From Promethearchaeota archaeon (GTDB lineage: Archaea > Asgardarchaeota > Lokiarchaeia > Sigyniarchaeales > SOKP01), in the NCBI GenBank assembly GCA_019058445.1, contig JAHPZA010000006.1, positions 608,001 through 672,000 on the forward strand: a stretch of DNA of 64,000 nucleotides, in the 5' to 3' direction. Of the stretch, positions 19,780-28,346 are shown one piece after another. Made by a program: the position numbers and the translations under genes. Below the pieces are notes generated by a model that made no database searches, was not told the origin of the DNA, and was given only the letters and a program-made list of their open reading frames with translations. Position 1 is the stretch's first letter. The number at the start of each line of letters is the position of its first letter.

Positions 19780-20184
19780 TCATTCAGCAGAATTAAATAC
19801 TTTATTCAATATCTTTAAAAATAACTGTAATTTTTCCCTTTTTAATCCATAATAAGTATAACTCCCTTTTTTCCAACTCTTTATTAAATCCGCTCTCTCT
19901 AACTTCCTAAGATGATGAGAGATTGTAGATTGTGATTTATTAAGGATTGCTTCGAGTTCACAAACACATCTATCTTTCTCTTTCAGCGAGTTGAGAATAA
20001 TTAGGCGTTCCACAGATGCAATAGAGGTGCCAAAATCAGCAATATTTATAAAATCTTCATCATATTTTAAATATTGACCTAAATTCTGTAAATCCTCGAA
20101 ATACTTACTTGAACTACATACACTATCACATGCACATAACATATCCATCAGTTCAGCCTTGCGTTTTGTATTCATGATTAACAC
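19780..20184 (-). CDS. arsR: ArsR/SmtB-family metalloregulator
   Basis: DRCVCELEAIL..SQSTISHHLRKL; divergent from acr3/arsM operon; extra N-terminal CAC..C. Confidence 0.9.
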   Translation of the reverse strand: MLIMNTKRKAELMDMLCACDSVCSSSKYFEDLQNLGQYLKYDEDFINIADFGTSIASVERLIILNSLKEKDRCVCELEAILNKSQSTISHHLRKLERADLIKSWKKGSYTYYGLKREKLQLFLKILNKVFNSAE

Positions 20185-20229
20185 TTTAATGATAAAATTA
20201 GAAGATTCTTTAATTCTCTATATTATATA

Positions 20230-20292
20230 TATAAATCGATAAATATAAATCTAATTGATTTAAATAATCTAAATCGATAACTATAAATTTGA
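20230..20292. promoter_or_regulatory. Repeated AAATCGATAA(A/C)TATAAAT elements, candidate ArsR operators
   Basis: Two near-identical copies between divergent arsR and the operon. Confidence 0.45.
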
Positions 20293-20351
20293 CAAATTCT
20301 ATTAATATTTCAAGCCTTAAAAATATATTTTAAAATATAAAAAAATTAAAA

Positions 20352-21098
20352 ATGAAAACTAATTCACTTAAAAAATTGAAAGTTGGAATAGTATCTGATG
20401 GAAAATATGGTGAAAGAGCTTTTGAGAATATAAAGAGGAACTTTAAAGTATACTGGATTCTCGTTCCAGACATACCTTCTAACATCATGTTAGATGATGA
20501 TTTAGAACTTGATATCCCTGATTGCGATTTATACGTTTCTTACGTTAGACATCCAGATATTATCTTGGAATTAGTAGACCTTCAAAAGCCATTGATACTT
20601 GGCGTATTACCGGGTGTTGGTCTATTAAATCAAGCAAGAACCATAAATCCATATGTAATTCATGCTCCCACCATGTGTTCTCTTGAGAATGATACAGGAA
20701 TTCCAGAAATTGACATATTTACAACCTATTACGGAAGGCCAATTTATGAGCCTAAAATTGATGAAAGTGGAAAATTTAAAGAAATAAAAGTAAAACGCTC
20801 ATCATTATGCGGATCTTCTGAAGCAGGAGCAGATTTTCTTTTAAATAAGGAATTCAACACTGAAAACCTTCAAAATTTTGCATTAAGTGTTTGTCATGAA
20901 TGTCGCGCGCCCCGGTTCGGCCATACATGTGATAAGGAAGTTGCTGGAGTCAATCATTTAGTTTCACTTTTAAATGCGATATCTCCTGAAGATTTGTCTC
21001 AGATTGATCAAAATTTAAGGCTTTTCATCGAAAGTATGAGAGATGAATACTCTAAAAGAATAAATAATTCTAGAATATTATTAAATAAAGTTAGTTAA
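20352..21098 (+). CDS. DUF166-like Cys-rich protein
   Basis: GKYGER, HPDI, TMCSL, YGRP, RSSLCGS, CHECRA..HTC pattern. Confidence 0.65.
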   Translation: MKTNSLKKLKVGIVSDGKYGERAFENIKRNFKVYWILVPDIPSNIMLDDDLELDIPDCDLYVSYVRHPDIILELVDLQKPLILGVLPGVGLLNQARTINPYVIHAPTMCSLENDTGIPEIDIFTTYYGRPIYEPKIDESGKFKEIKVKRSSLCGSSEAGADFLLNKEFNTENLQNFALSVCHECRAPRFGHTCDKEVAGVNHLVSLLNAISPEDLSQIDQNLRLFIESMRDEYSKRINNSRILLNKVS

Positions 21099-21100
21099 AA

Positions 21101-22183
21101 ATGAGTGAAATAAATTTTAAAAACGACAGAATAAATAAAGCAGGAACACCTCATGAGCTAGGACTTTTCGGAAAGTTTTTACCCTTATGGGTAGCTTTAT
21201 GTATTTTTGCCGGAATCGTCCTTTCTCAGGTTGTTCCCGGAATCAGTGAGACGATAAATTCTTGGACAATAGGGCAAATATCCATTCCAATTGGAATCTG
21301 TTTATTCTTAATGATGTATCCAGGAATGCTGAATCTCCAAGCATCTGAATTGAAGAAGCTTGGTAAAAATCCTAAACCTATCATTTTAACTTTAATATCC
21401 AATTGGATTATAGCTCCTTTTGTTGGTTTAATGATGGCAAGAATCTTTTTACAGGGTCATGAGCAGCTAGTCGTAGCAATTATTTTACTTTCTGCCTCCC
21501 CTTGTACCGCTATGGTCCTTGTATGGGGTTGGATGGCCAGAGGGAACCAAGAGCAAAACGTTACCAATACAAGTTTGAATACCATAACAATTATATTTCT
21601 TTATGTTCCTATTGTTATTCTATTAACTGGCATCCAAAATATTCCAATTGATACAACTCTATTAATAATCTCGTTGATATTTTTTATAGGACTTCCATTA
21701 GCATTAGGAATAACATCAAAAAGACTATTAACGCAAACTAAAGGGGAAGAATGGTTTGAAAGCACTTATCGTCCTATGGTAGGAAAAATGTCGATTGTGG
21801 CATTACTGATAACGTTGATTATCCTTTTTTCTTTAAACGGAGATGTTTTACTTAAAAATCCTGAACTTTTACTCCTAGTTAGCATACCTCTCCTGGTTGG
21901 ATTTGCAATCGTCGTTAGCTATAATGTGATTATTACCAAGCTTTTTAAGCTAAAATATAGAGAAGCAGTCGTTACGGTAATCATTGGCTCATCAAGTCAT
22001 TTCGAAATTGCAATTGCTACTGCGATTGCCATATATGGGATTGGATCTATTGCCGCCTTAGGAACCACAATGGGATTGTTCTGGGAAGTTCCTGTGATGC
22101 TTTCAATAGTTTATTTAGGACGATTTCTTCAAAAACGAGGCTTCTGGGAAGTGAAATTTCCAGAAGATTCAAATAATAATTAA
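21101..22183 (+). CDS. acr3: ACR3-family arsenite efflux transporter
   Basis: LMMYP, NWIIAPF, SPCTAMVLVW, SHFEIAIA, EVPVML; about 10 TM. Confidence 0.95.
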   Translation: MSEINFKNDRINKAGTPHELGLFGKFLPLWVALCIFAGIVLSQVVPGISETINSWTIGQISIPIGICLFLMMYPGMLNLQASELKKLGKNPKPIILTLISNWIIAPFVGLMMARIFLQGHEQLVVAIILLSASPCTAMVLVWGWMARGNQEQNVTNTSLNTITIIFLYVPIVILLTGIQNIPIDTTLLIISLIFFIGLPLALGITSKRLLTQTKGEEWFESTYRPMVGKMSIVALLITLIILFSLNGDVLLKNPELLLLVSIPLLVGFAIVVSYNVIITKLFKLKYREAVVTVIIGSSSHFEIAIATAIAIYGIGSIAALGTTMGLFWEVPVMLSIVYLGRFLQKRGFWEVKFPEDSNNN

Positions 22184-22203
22184 ATTTGAGGTGAATAGTA
22201 AAT

Positions 22204-23085
22204 ATGAAAGATGAAAAAGTAAAAATAAGTATTGTCAAGGATGAAAATGTAAAAAAGGTTGTTAGAGAAAAATATGGAATGATAGCAAAATCAAGCAGCT
22301 CCTGTTGTGCGCCTGTAAACTCATGTTGCACACCTATAAGTTCTTGCTGTGGAAGTTCCGAAACAGATATTATGAGTATGATTAGTAAAAACATAGGATA
22401 TAGTGATGAAGAACTTAAATCTGTACCAGATGGGGCTAATCTTGGGCTAGGATGTGGAAACCCTGTAGCCTTGGCTTCATTAAAAGAGGGGGAGACTGTT
22501 CTTGATCTAGGTTCTGGAGCGGGAATTGATTGTTTTTTAGCTGCTAATAAAGTGGGAAAATCTGGGAAGGTTATAGGTATTGATATGACACCTGATATGA
22601 TATTGTCAGCTAGAATGTATGCTGAAAAAAGTAATTACGATAACATTGAATTTAGACTCGGAGAGATCGAACATTTACCAGTAGAAACAACTACTGTAGA
22701 TATTATCATTTCCAATTGTGTAATCAATTTAGTGCCAAATAAAGATAGAGCATTTCAAGAAGCTTATAGAGTGTTAAAACCCGGAGGACGCTTGATGATT
22801 TCAGATATTGTTTTATTAAAAGAACTTCCTGATTTCGTTTTAGAATCAATAGATGCTTATATAGGATGTGTTGCTGGTGCGATATTAAAAGAAGACTATA
22901 TTAAATCAATGGAAAATGCAGGATTTACGAAGATTGAAGTGTTGGATGAAACTATGTTTCCAATCGATGTTTTAACTATTAATCCAAAAGTTATGGAAAT
23001 AGTCAAAGAGATGAATATTGAGCCTCAAATGTTAAAAGACATAGCGAATTCAGTAGTAAGCATAAAAGTAAAAGCATATAAATAA
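22204..23085 (+). CDS. arsM: Arsenite S-adenosylmethionine methyltransferase
   Basis: LGLGCGNP, LDLGSGAGID, SNCVINL, GCVAGA; N-terminal triple CC tract. Confidence 0.95.
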   Translation: MKDEKVKISIVKDENVKKVVREKYGMIAKSSSSCCAPVNSCCTPISSCCGSSETDIMSMISKNIGYSDEELKSVPDGANLGLGCGNPVALASLKEGETVLDLGSGAGIDCFLAANKVGKSGKVIGIDMTPDMILSARMYAEKSNYDNIEFRLGEIEHLPVETTTVDIIISNCVINLVPNKDRAFQEAYRVLKPGGRLMISDIVLLKELPDFVLESIDAYIGCVAGAILKEDYIKSMENAGFTKIEVLDETMFPIDVLTINPKVMEIVKEMNIEPQMLKDIANSVVSIKVKAYK

Positions 23086-23125
23086 TAAAGAAATGAGCGA
23101 ATGTAAGAAAGAATAAGGTGGAAAA

Positions 23126-24775
23126 ATGGCCGTAACCTATATGCGTAGATTGGAGGAAGAACCAGAAACTTACGATTTAAAATTTACAGCTCTCACTAAG
23201 GGACTAAATATCAAAGTTCAAGAGTGGGTATTGCGTCGAATTCCTGATTCCCAATCAATTTTAGAAGTAGGTTGCGGTACTGGCGCTCTAGCATCGAAAA
23301 TGGCACTTAAAGGTAATAATGTTGTTGCAATTGATAAAAACTTTCAAATGATTAATTATGCAATGCAAAATTATCCTTCTGAAGAGAATGTCAATCTTTT
23401 ATATCAAATTGGAACATTTACAGAATTCCCAGTTGAGAAGAATTCAAAGGATATAATTGTGAGTACTTTTATGTTATCTGAGCTTAGACCATTTGAACAT
23501 CAAATATTTTTGCGAAAAGCATGGAGTGCTCTAAAACCAAATGGTCGAATCATATTAGCTGCTGAATTTATTCCTTCAGGAATTTGGAGGATTCCTTTTA
23601 AAATAAAGCGTTGGTGGTTTAAAAAGAAATTACGTAGACTCAGATTAAGAACTACTTTCTTAGTAAAATGGTTTTATAATTATATTGAGCCAATCGGCTT
23701 TAAAATTCAAACCCTAAAAACTTGGAAACACGGTTCCATACAAGCTATGGAATTAGTAAAGCTAGGCAAAGAACCAGGATTTTATCGCCCCAAACCAAAA
23801 AAGTTTAAAGGAATCCGCGCTCAACTAAGGATATATCGATGTTTATTTACTGGTCAGATTGATCATGTTCCCATAGAACCCGGTATTTATCAATCCGGGC
23901 ACCCTAATGAAAATTCCCCCATTATAGTTACAGCGAATTACGAGTATACATACATTAAAGTTATGCGTAACCTAAAAGGACTTGATGCGTGGGTTTTATG
24001 TGTAGATTCCAATGGAATAAATGTATGGTGCGCTGCTCGTGGTAATGATTTTGGAAATGCCCAATTACTTGAAGCAGTGGAGGCAACAGAAATTCGCAAT
24101 CTTACACAGAAAAAAAAACTTTTACTTCCCCAACTCTCTGCTGGTGGAGTTGCTATACCACAATTACCTAGAAATTCAGAAAATTTTCCATTTAAAATTG
24201 TCTATGGCCCAATTTGGTCAAAAGATATTCGGAAGTATAATGATGAACAACCCGTAAGAAAACCAGACTCAATGAAAATTGCTAAATTTACGGTTTCCCA
24301 TCGAATACGAGCAGGGATTACACATACGACTTTTCTTTTAAGAAAAATCTTTCTTTTACCTCTTATAATCATAGCAGGTTTGTTGTTAGCATTAAATTGG
24401 GAAAATAAGTTATGGTGGATTGGAGAATTATTCATGTGGATTATAATAACAAACGCAATTATCGCTTTTTTATTCCCTCTTTCAAATTTTACCAGAAAAT
24501 TCATTAATAAGGGAATTTTCTTTGGAACTATTAATATATTAGTTTTAGGAGGGATTTCTTGGATATTGCATGGATCATTACTCTTTATTCTCTGGAACTT
24601 GAGTTTTTATTTTTGGATTGCATTTTTTTCCACTATGTCTTTTAGCGGATATACAATGTCAACAAGTCCAAGGGAAATTCAAACCGAATATAGGTTGTTT
24701 TTGATGGTAAATAAAATTTTACTTATTATAAGCTTATTTTTTTTAGCTTTTGGAATAATATTTTATATAATTTAA
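23126..24775 (+). CDS. Class I SAM methyltransferase fused to an HgcA-like corrinoid/membrane protein
   Basis: N-term LEVGCGTG and STFMLSEL; C-term EPGIY..SPIIVTANY..GINVWCAARG..LPQLSAGGV..YGPI, TM helices and MSFSGYTMSTSP tail as in HgcA. Confidence 0.85.
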   Translation: MAVTYMRRLEEEPETYDLKFTALTKGLNIKVQEWVLRRIPDSQSILEVGCGTGALASKMALKGNNVVAIDKNFQMINYAMQNYPSEENVNLLYQIGTFTEFPVEKNSKDIIVSTFMLSELRPFEHQIFLRKAWSALKPNGRIILAAEFIPSGIWRIPFKIKRWWFKKKLRRLRLRTTFLVKWFYNYIEPIGFKIQTLKTWKHGSIQAMELVKLGKEPGFYRPKPKKFKGIRAQLRIYRCLFTGQIDHVPIEPGIYQSGHPNENSPIIVTANYEYTYIKVMRNLKGLDAWVLCVDSNGINVWCAARGNDFGNAQLLEAVEATEIRNLTQKKKLLLPQLSAGGVAIPQLPRNSENFPFKIVYGPIWSKDIRKYNDEQPVRKPDSMKIAKFTVSHRIRAGITHTTFLLRKIFLLPLIIIAGLLLALNWENKLWWIGELFMWIIITNAIIAFLFPLSNFTRKFINKGIFFGTINILVLGGISWILHGSLLFILWNLSFYFWIAFFSTMSFSGYTMSTSPREIQTEYRLFLMVNKILLIISLFFLAFGIIFYII

Positions 24776-24812
24776 AATGAAGAATTAAAAAAAAATCATA
24801 AAAAAAATAAAA

Positions 24813-25124
24813 ATGACAGAATTAAAATCAAATCAAAGTTCATGCTGCACTCCGCAAGCGATTGTGCTTCCTCGTATTTTTATAAATACTTCTACATGTA
24901 CGGGGTGTGGCTTATGCGGAGAAGTATGCCCTTTCGGTCTCCCTAAACAGAATAATTCAGGAAAGTACGAAATACCCCATCCCGAACTATGCACTGAATG
25001 TAGTGCTTGTTTTAGAAACTGCCCTACACAAGCCATTATGATGCAAGAACAAAAAGGATGTGGTTGTTTATGGGATACACGTCAAAGAGCAAAAAATTCA
25101 CAGCAAAATTTATGCTGTGGTTAA
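24813..25124 (+). CDS. HgcB-like 2x[4Fe-4S] ferredoxin
   Basis: CTGCGLCGEVCP and CTECSACFRNCP, then KGCGC and terminal CCG; directly after hgcA-like gene. Confidence 0.85.
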   Translation: MTELKSNQSSCCTPQAIVLPRIFINTSTCTGCGLCGEVCPFGLPKQNNSGKYEIPHPELCTECSACFRNCPTQAIMMQEQKGCGCLWDTRQRAKNSQQNLCCG

Positions 25125-25147
25125 ACTAAAATTTAAAGTGTATTAAT

Positions 25148-25537
25148 ATGGAAAAAGAAGAATTAAAAAAAATTGAAAATTCTTGTTGTACACAAAGCAC
25201 ATCGTGCTGTGGAAGTGCTGAGTCAGATCTTATCGATACATCAACTAATAAGGGGATTAAAAATGAATTAGATCCAAGTAAGCTAAATGTTGATATATAT
25301 GTTCCTCTAGACGCCTGTGCATGCGAGTGGTCTCAATTTATGAATCTTATTTTTAGTGCCCTTACACCACATATTAAATATATTAAATATGAAACAAAAA
25401 ACTTAAATTCTAAAGAAGCTCGAAGCCTTAATATTCGGAGCAAATGCGTTATAGTTGACGGAGAAAAAAAATATACAACCTCATATGCCTTAAAGAAAGA
25501 TCTACCTAATTTATTGAAAGAAAAGGGAATCCTATAA
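25148..25537 (+). CDS. Cys-rich small protein, probable thioredoxin-like fold (ArsD-like chaperone?)
   Basis: N-term SCCTQSTSCCG; DIYVPLDACAC; CVIVDGE. Confidence 0.6.
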   Translation: MEKEELKKIENSCCTQSTSCCGSAESDLIDTSTNKGIKNELDPSKLNVDIYVPLDACACEWSQFMNLIFSALTPHIKYIKYETKNLNSKEARSLNIRSKCVIVDGEKKYTTSYALKKDLPNLLKEKGIL

Positions 25538-25574
25538 ATTTAAATTCAAATTAAAAGCACAAGGGGTAATTATA

Positions 25575-26045
25575 ATGAAAAAGATTTTTTTTGATATCAA
25601 TTTACCAATAAAGAATTTTCAAAAGGGTAAGAAGTACACAGTTGAAGTAAAAGACAACGCTACATTTTTAGAATGTCTCGCGATGGTTGATAAGCAAGAA
25701 CTCGAAGATCCAAAATCCATTTTTCCTATAAACGAGGGATTTATCCACAATTATTTACAGTTATTGGTTAACATCGAAGAAAATTATATTTACGATGATG
25801 TAGGGGTATATGCTTATGGTCCGGATGAAAATGGACTTATGAGAAAATTCATTCCAATTAGAGATAATGTAGAATTTAACGTATATCCTGACAGTGAAAT
25901 TCAATTACAACCTGATGTTGGATGTTGATGAGAAGCGGTGCAAGATCGGCTGGATATTGGAAAATTTAAAACAGTCCTACGTAAACGATATGGGAAAGAT
26001 AACGATTATTTTGCACATTACTTTAAAAAAGAAAAAGAAAAATAA
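25575..26045 (+). CDS. MoaD/ThiS/Urm1-like ubiquitin-fold protein, candidate selenoprotein with C-U-U motif (156 aa with readthrough; 117 aa if TGA is stop)
   Basis: Beta-grasp pattern ending EIQLQPDVGC; TGA TGA at 25926-25931; 37 further open codons to TAA 26043-26045; SECIS-like hairpin follows. Confidence 0.72.
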
Positions 26046-26047
26046 TA

Positions 26048-26093
26048 TGTTGAATGAAATCTTTCAAAAAATTGTAGTGAAAGATTGACAATA
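26048..26093 (+). ncRNA. SECIS-like element (eukaryote/Lokiarchaeia type) in 3' UTR
   Basis: TGTTG/CAATA lower stem, AAU bulge with tandem GA/GA kink-turn core (AUGA..GA), AATCTTTCA/TGAAAGATT upper stem, A-rich loop AAAAATTGTAG. Confidence 0.75.
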
Positions 26094-26161
26094 GGACCGC
26101 CTCCTATATTTCTTAATGAATAATTTAAAAAATCTCGTTATATTTTCTATCGTGAATATAT

Positions 26162-27121
26162 ATGGATATTTTCTCACATTTTTTATTTGCAATGCTGCTA
26201 TGTGTTTACTTTATGAGGTCATCCAGCGAGGAACTTGTAATTTTTGCAGGTTTAATGGCAGTATTGGCTGATTTTGATGTTTTTTTGCATTCTTTTAAAG
26301 TTGTGAGAAAATCTAAATTGTTGACCCATAAAGGAATTTCTCACTCTTATTTTGCTGCTCTAATTGTGTCTGCGCCTGCTGCGGGTATTTTTTCTTTAAT
26401 AACAGGAGAATCATTTCTACTATCTTGGATGATTGGCTTTATTTTTTATAGTCTTCATGTTACCCTCGATGCTTCAGCCGCATCTAAAATCCCTCTTTTT
26501 TATCCCATCTCAAAGAAACGGTTTCGATTTTTTATCGATCGGGCAATAAACCCTATATTAGCAATGATTTCAGGTATAGTTCTTCTTTTTTATTTGATTA
26601 TTTATTTTGTTAGTCCCGAGATTTTTTATTCTGATTTAATATATTACGTCTCATTGTTTTATTTCGGATATTTAGCTTACAAAATACTTACTAAAATTTG
26701 GGTTCAATTAAGACTGCCCAAAAATCAAAAATATATCCCCGGAATTCTTCCATTTGTTTACTATATTTACGAAAACCACAATTCAGATGCTAGGCTAATA
26801 TTTACACTCTCCAAAAAATATCAATTTCTTCCGAAAACTATGAAATTAATAGAAACTGAAATTATAACTGGATCTAAAGAAATGGAATATTTTAATAAAG
26901 CGAAAACGCTTAGCAAAAACTATATGTTCTTTTCTAAATGGGAGGCAGTAATTCCGATAATCTTAGACAATAATCGGTTTGTTGTTGTATTGCTTTTTTT
27001 AGCCGAAAGTTATGCTAATGGAAGAGCCTATACACTTGAAGTTGTTTTTGATAAAAATTCAAAAGAGCTGGTCCATATCTCTGATGGATTTGGTCGTGGT
27101 TTAACTGATTACCACAGCTAA
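26162..27121 (+). CDS. Membrane-bound metal-dependent hydrolase (YdjM-like)
   Basis: MDIFSH, ADFD, HKGISHS, HVTLD; TM helices. Confidence 0.85.
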   Translation: MDIFSHFLFAMLLCVYFMRSSSEELVIFAGLMAVLADFDVFLHSFKVVRKSKLLTHKGISHSYFAALIVSAPAAGIFSLITGESFLLSWMIGFIFYSLHVTLDASAASKIPLFYPISKKRFRFFIDRAINPILAMISGIVLLFYLIIYFVSPEIFYSDLIYYVSLFYFGYLAYKILTKIWVQLRLPKNQKYIPGILPFVYYIYENHNSDARLIFTLSKKYQFLPKTMKLIETEIITGSKEMEYFNKAKTLSKNYMFFSKWEAVIPIILDNNRFVVVLLFLAESYANGRAYTLEVVFDKNSKELVHISDGFGRGLTDYHS

Positions 27122-27169
27122 AAAATAAAAAAATAAAAAAATACCTCTAATTTTTTAAATCTGAATATT

Positions 27170-27304
27170 CTAGTTAGCAAAAGGCAGTGCCAAAGTAAGG
27201 AAATACGAGAAATCTTCAGTACACGAGTATATTTTGGAACATCTCCTTCGTTTTTCATACCTTTCTTCTAACGTTCTAGTTTTATCATTATTTAATTCAT
27301 ACAT
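27170..27304 (-). CDS. 44-aa small protein (not in ORF track)
   Basis: GAGGT-N8-ATG; MYELNNDKTRTLEERYEKRRRCSKIYSCTEDFSYFLTLALPFAN. Confidence 0.45.
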   Translation of the reverse strand: MYELNNDKTRTLEERYEKRRRCSKIYSCTEDFSYFLTLALPFAN

Positions 27305-27454
27305 AGTTTATTACCTCTTCTTGTGAATCATAAAGGATATCAGAAATATTGTGTGAAATTACTTTTATTAACCTTCATATGACGATTTATTGAAAAATAG
27401 ATGATTTTGATTATGCAGATTAATTCTATAGTTAATTTCTTTTTTAAAATATAA

Positions 27455-27682
27455 TCAATTCTCTCTCGTTTGAGTTTCCAAACTTTTTCTTCTAATATAG
27501 AGCAAAATTTTAAGAATGATATAAACACCTATAGCAATTACACCTATTGCTCCAACTATCATGAAAAAATACGCTGCGCCAAGATTTCCTTCAAAATTTA
27601 CTGTGTCTAAAATCATCTTTTTTATTAAGGAGTAAATTTTCAAGTTTAATAATTGTTTTATAATTAATATAAATAGAAACAA
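27455..27682 (-). CDS. Small single-pass membrane protein (true start probably the later Met of MILDTV)
   Basis: One TM helix followed by RRK. Confidence 0.45.
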   Translation of the reverse strand: MFLFILIIKQLLNLKIYSLIKKMILDTVNFEGNLGAAYFFMIVGAIGVIAIGVYIILKILLYIRRKSLETQTREN

Positions 27683-27702
27683 GATAAAAGAATTTAACTT
27701 TC

Positions 27703-28299
27703 ATGTTAGAAAATGAGATTATTTTAAAAATAAGGAATTTTGCTATTGAGAACTCTGAGAAAAATGATATCCATGGATTTTCTCATGTTGAGCGGGTGTA
27801 TGATACATGTATTAAGATTGGCCGCAAATTAAACGCTAATATGAAAGTACTAAAAATTGCTGCTCTTCTTCATGACATTGGTAGAATTGAAGAAAAAGAA
27901 TCTCTTCTAAAACGAAATCACGCAGAAATTTCAGCATTAAAAGCCAAACAATTTCTAACTACAAATAATTTCAATCTTTCCGAAAAGGATATTGAGAATA
28001 TAGTTCATACTATAAGGGCTCATTCTTTTTCAAATAAGATTGCTCCTTATACGCTTGAAGCAAAAATCCTTTCAGATGCGGATAAATTAGACGCAATTGG
28101 TGCTATAGGAATTTTTCGGACCATTGGATTTACTTTACAGAAATACGGTGGAATTGAACAAGTGATTGAGCATCTTGAAAACAAGATTTTAACCTTAAAA
28201 GATAAAATGTATTTAGATTATACACAAAAAATTGCCGAAGAGCGCCATAATATTGTATTGGAATTCTATAGAAAATTAAAAAAAGAAAAAATTAGTTAA
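27703..28299 (+). CDS. HD-domain phosphohydrolase
   Basis: HGFSHVERV, LLHDIG, HAEIS, AHSF, DADKLDAIGA. Confidence 0.92.
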   Translation: MLENEIILKIRNFAIENSEKNDIHGFSHVERVYDTCIKIGRKLNANMKVLKIAALLHDIGRIEEKESLLKRNHAEISALKAKQFLTTNNFNLSEKDIENIVHTIRAHSFSNKIAPYTLEAKILSDADKLDAIGAIGIFRTIGFTLQKYGGIEQVIEHLENKILTLKDKMYLDYTQKIAEERHNIVLEFYRKLKKEKIS

Positions 28300-28346
28300 T
28301 AGGAAAAAAATAGAGTTTGAAAAAAAAATAAGATTCTGAGTTTTTA

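Noticed and set aside
19780-19782. arsR TGA as possible Sec
   Set aside because: No Cys-like context, the paralogous fragment ends nearby with TAA, and no SECIS core seen
23126-24775. Acetyl-CoA synthase corrinoid subunit (CdhE/AcsC)
   Set aside because: Has cap-helix Cys, TM tail and an HgcB-like neighbour, and no cdh genes nearby; the hgcA symbol is withheld because the motif deviates
25894-26088. 64-aa ORF in the ORF track overlapping the Ubl 3' end
   Set aside because: Different frame, no RBS, low-complexity Lys/Asn run; the readthrough frame plus SECIS-like hairpin explains the region better
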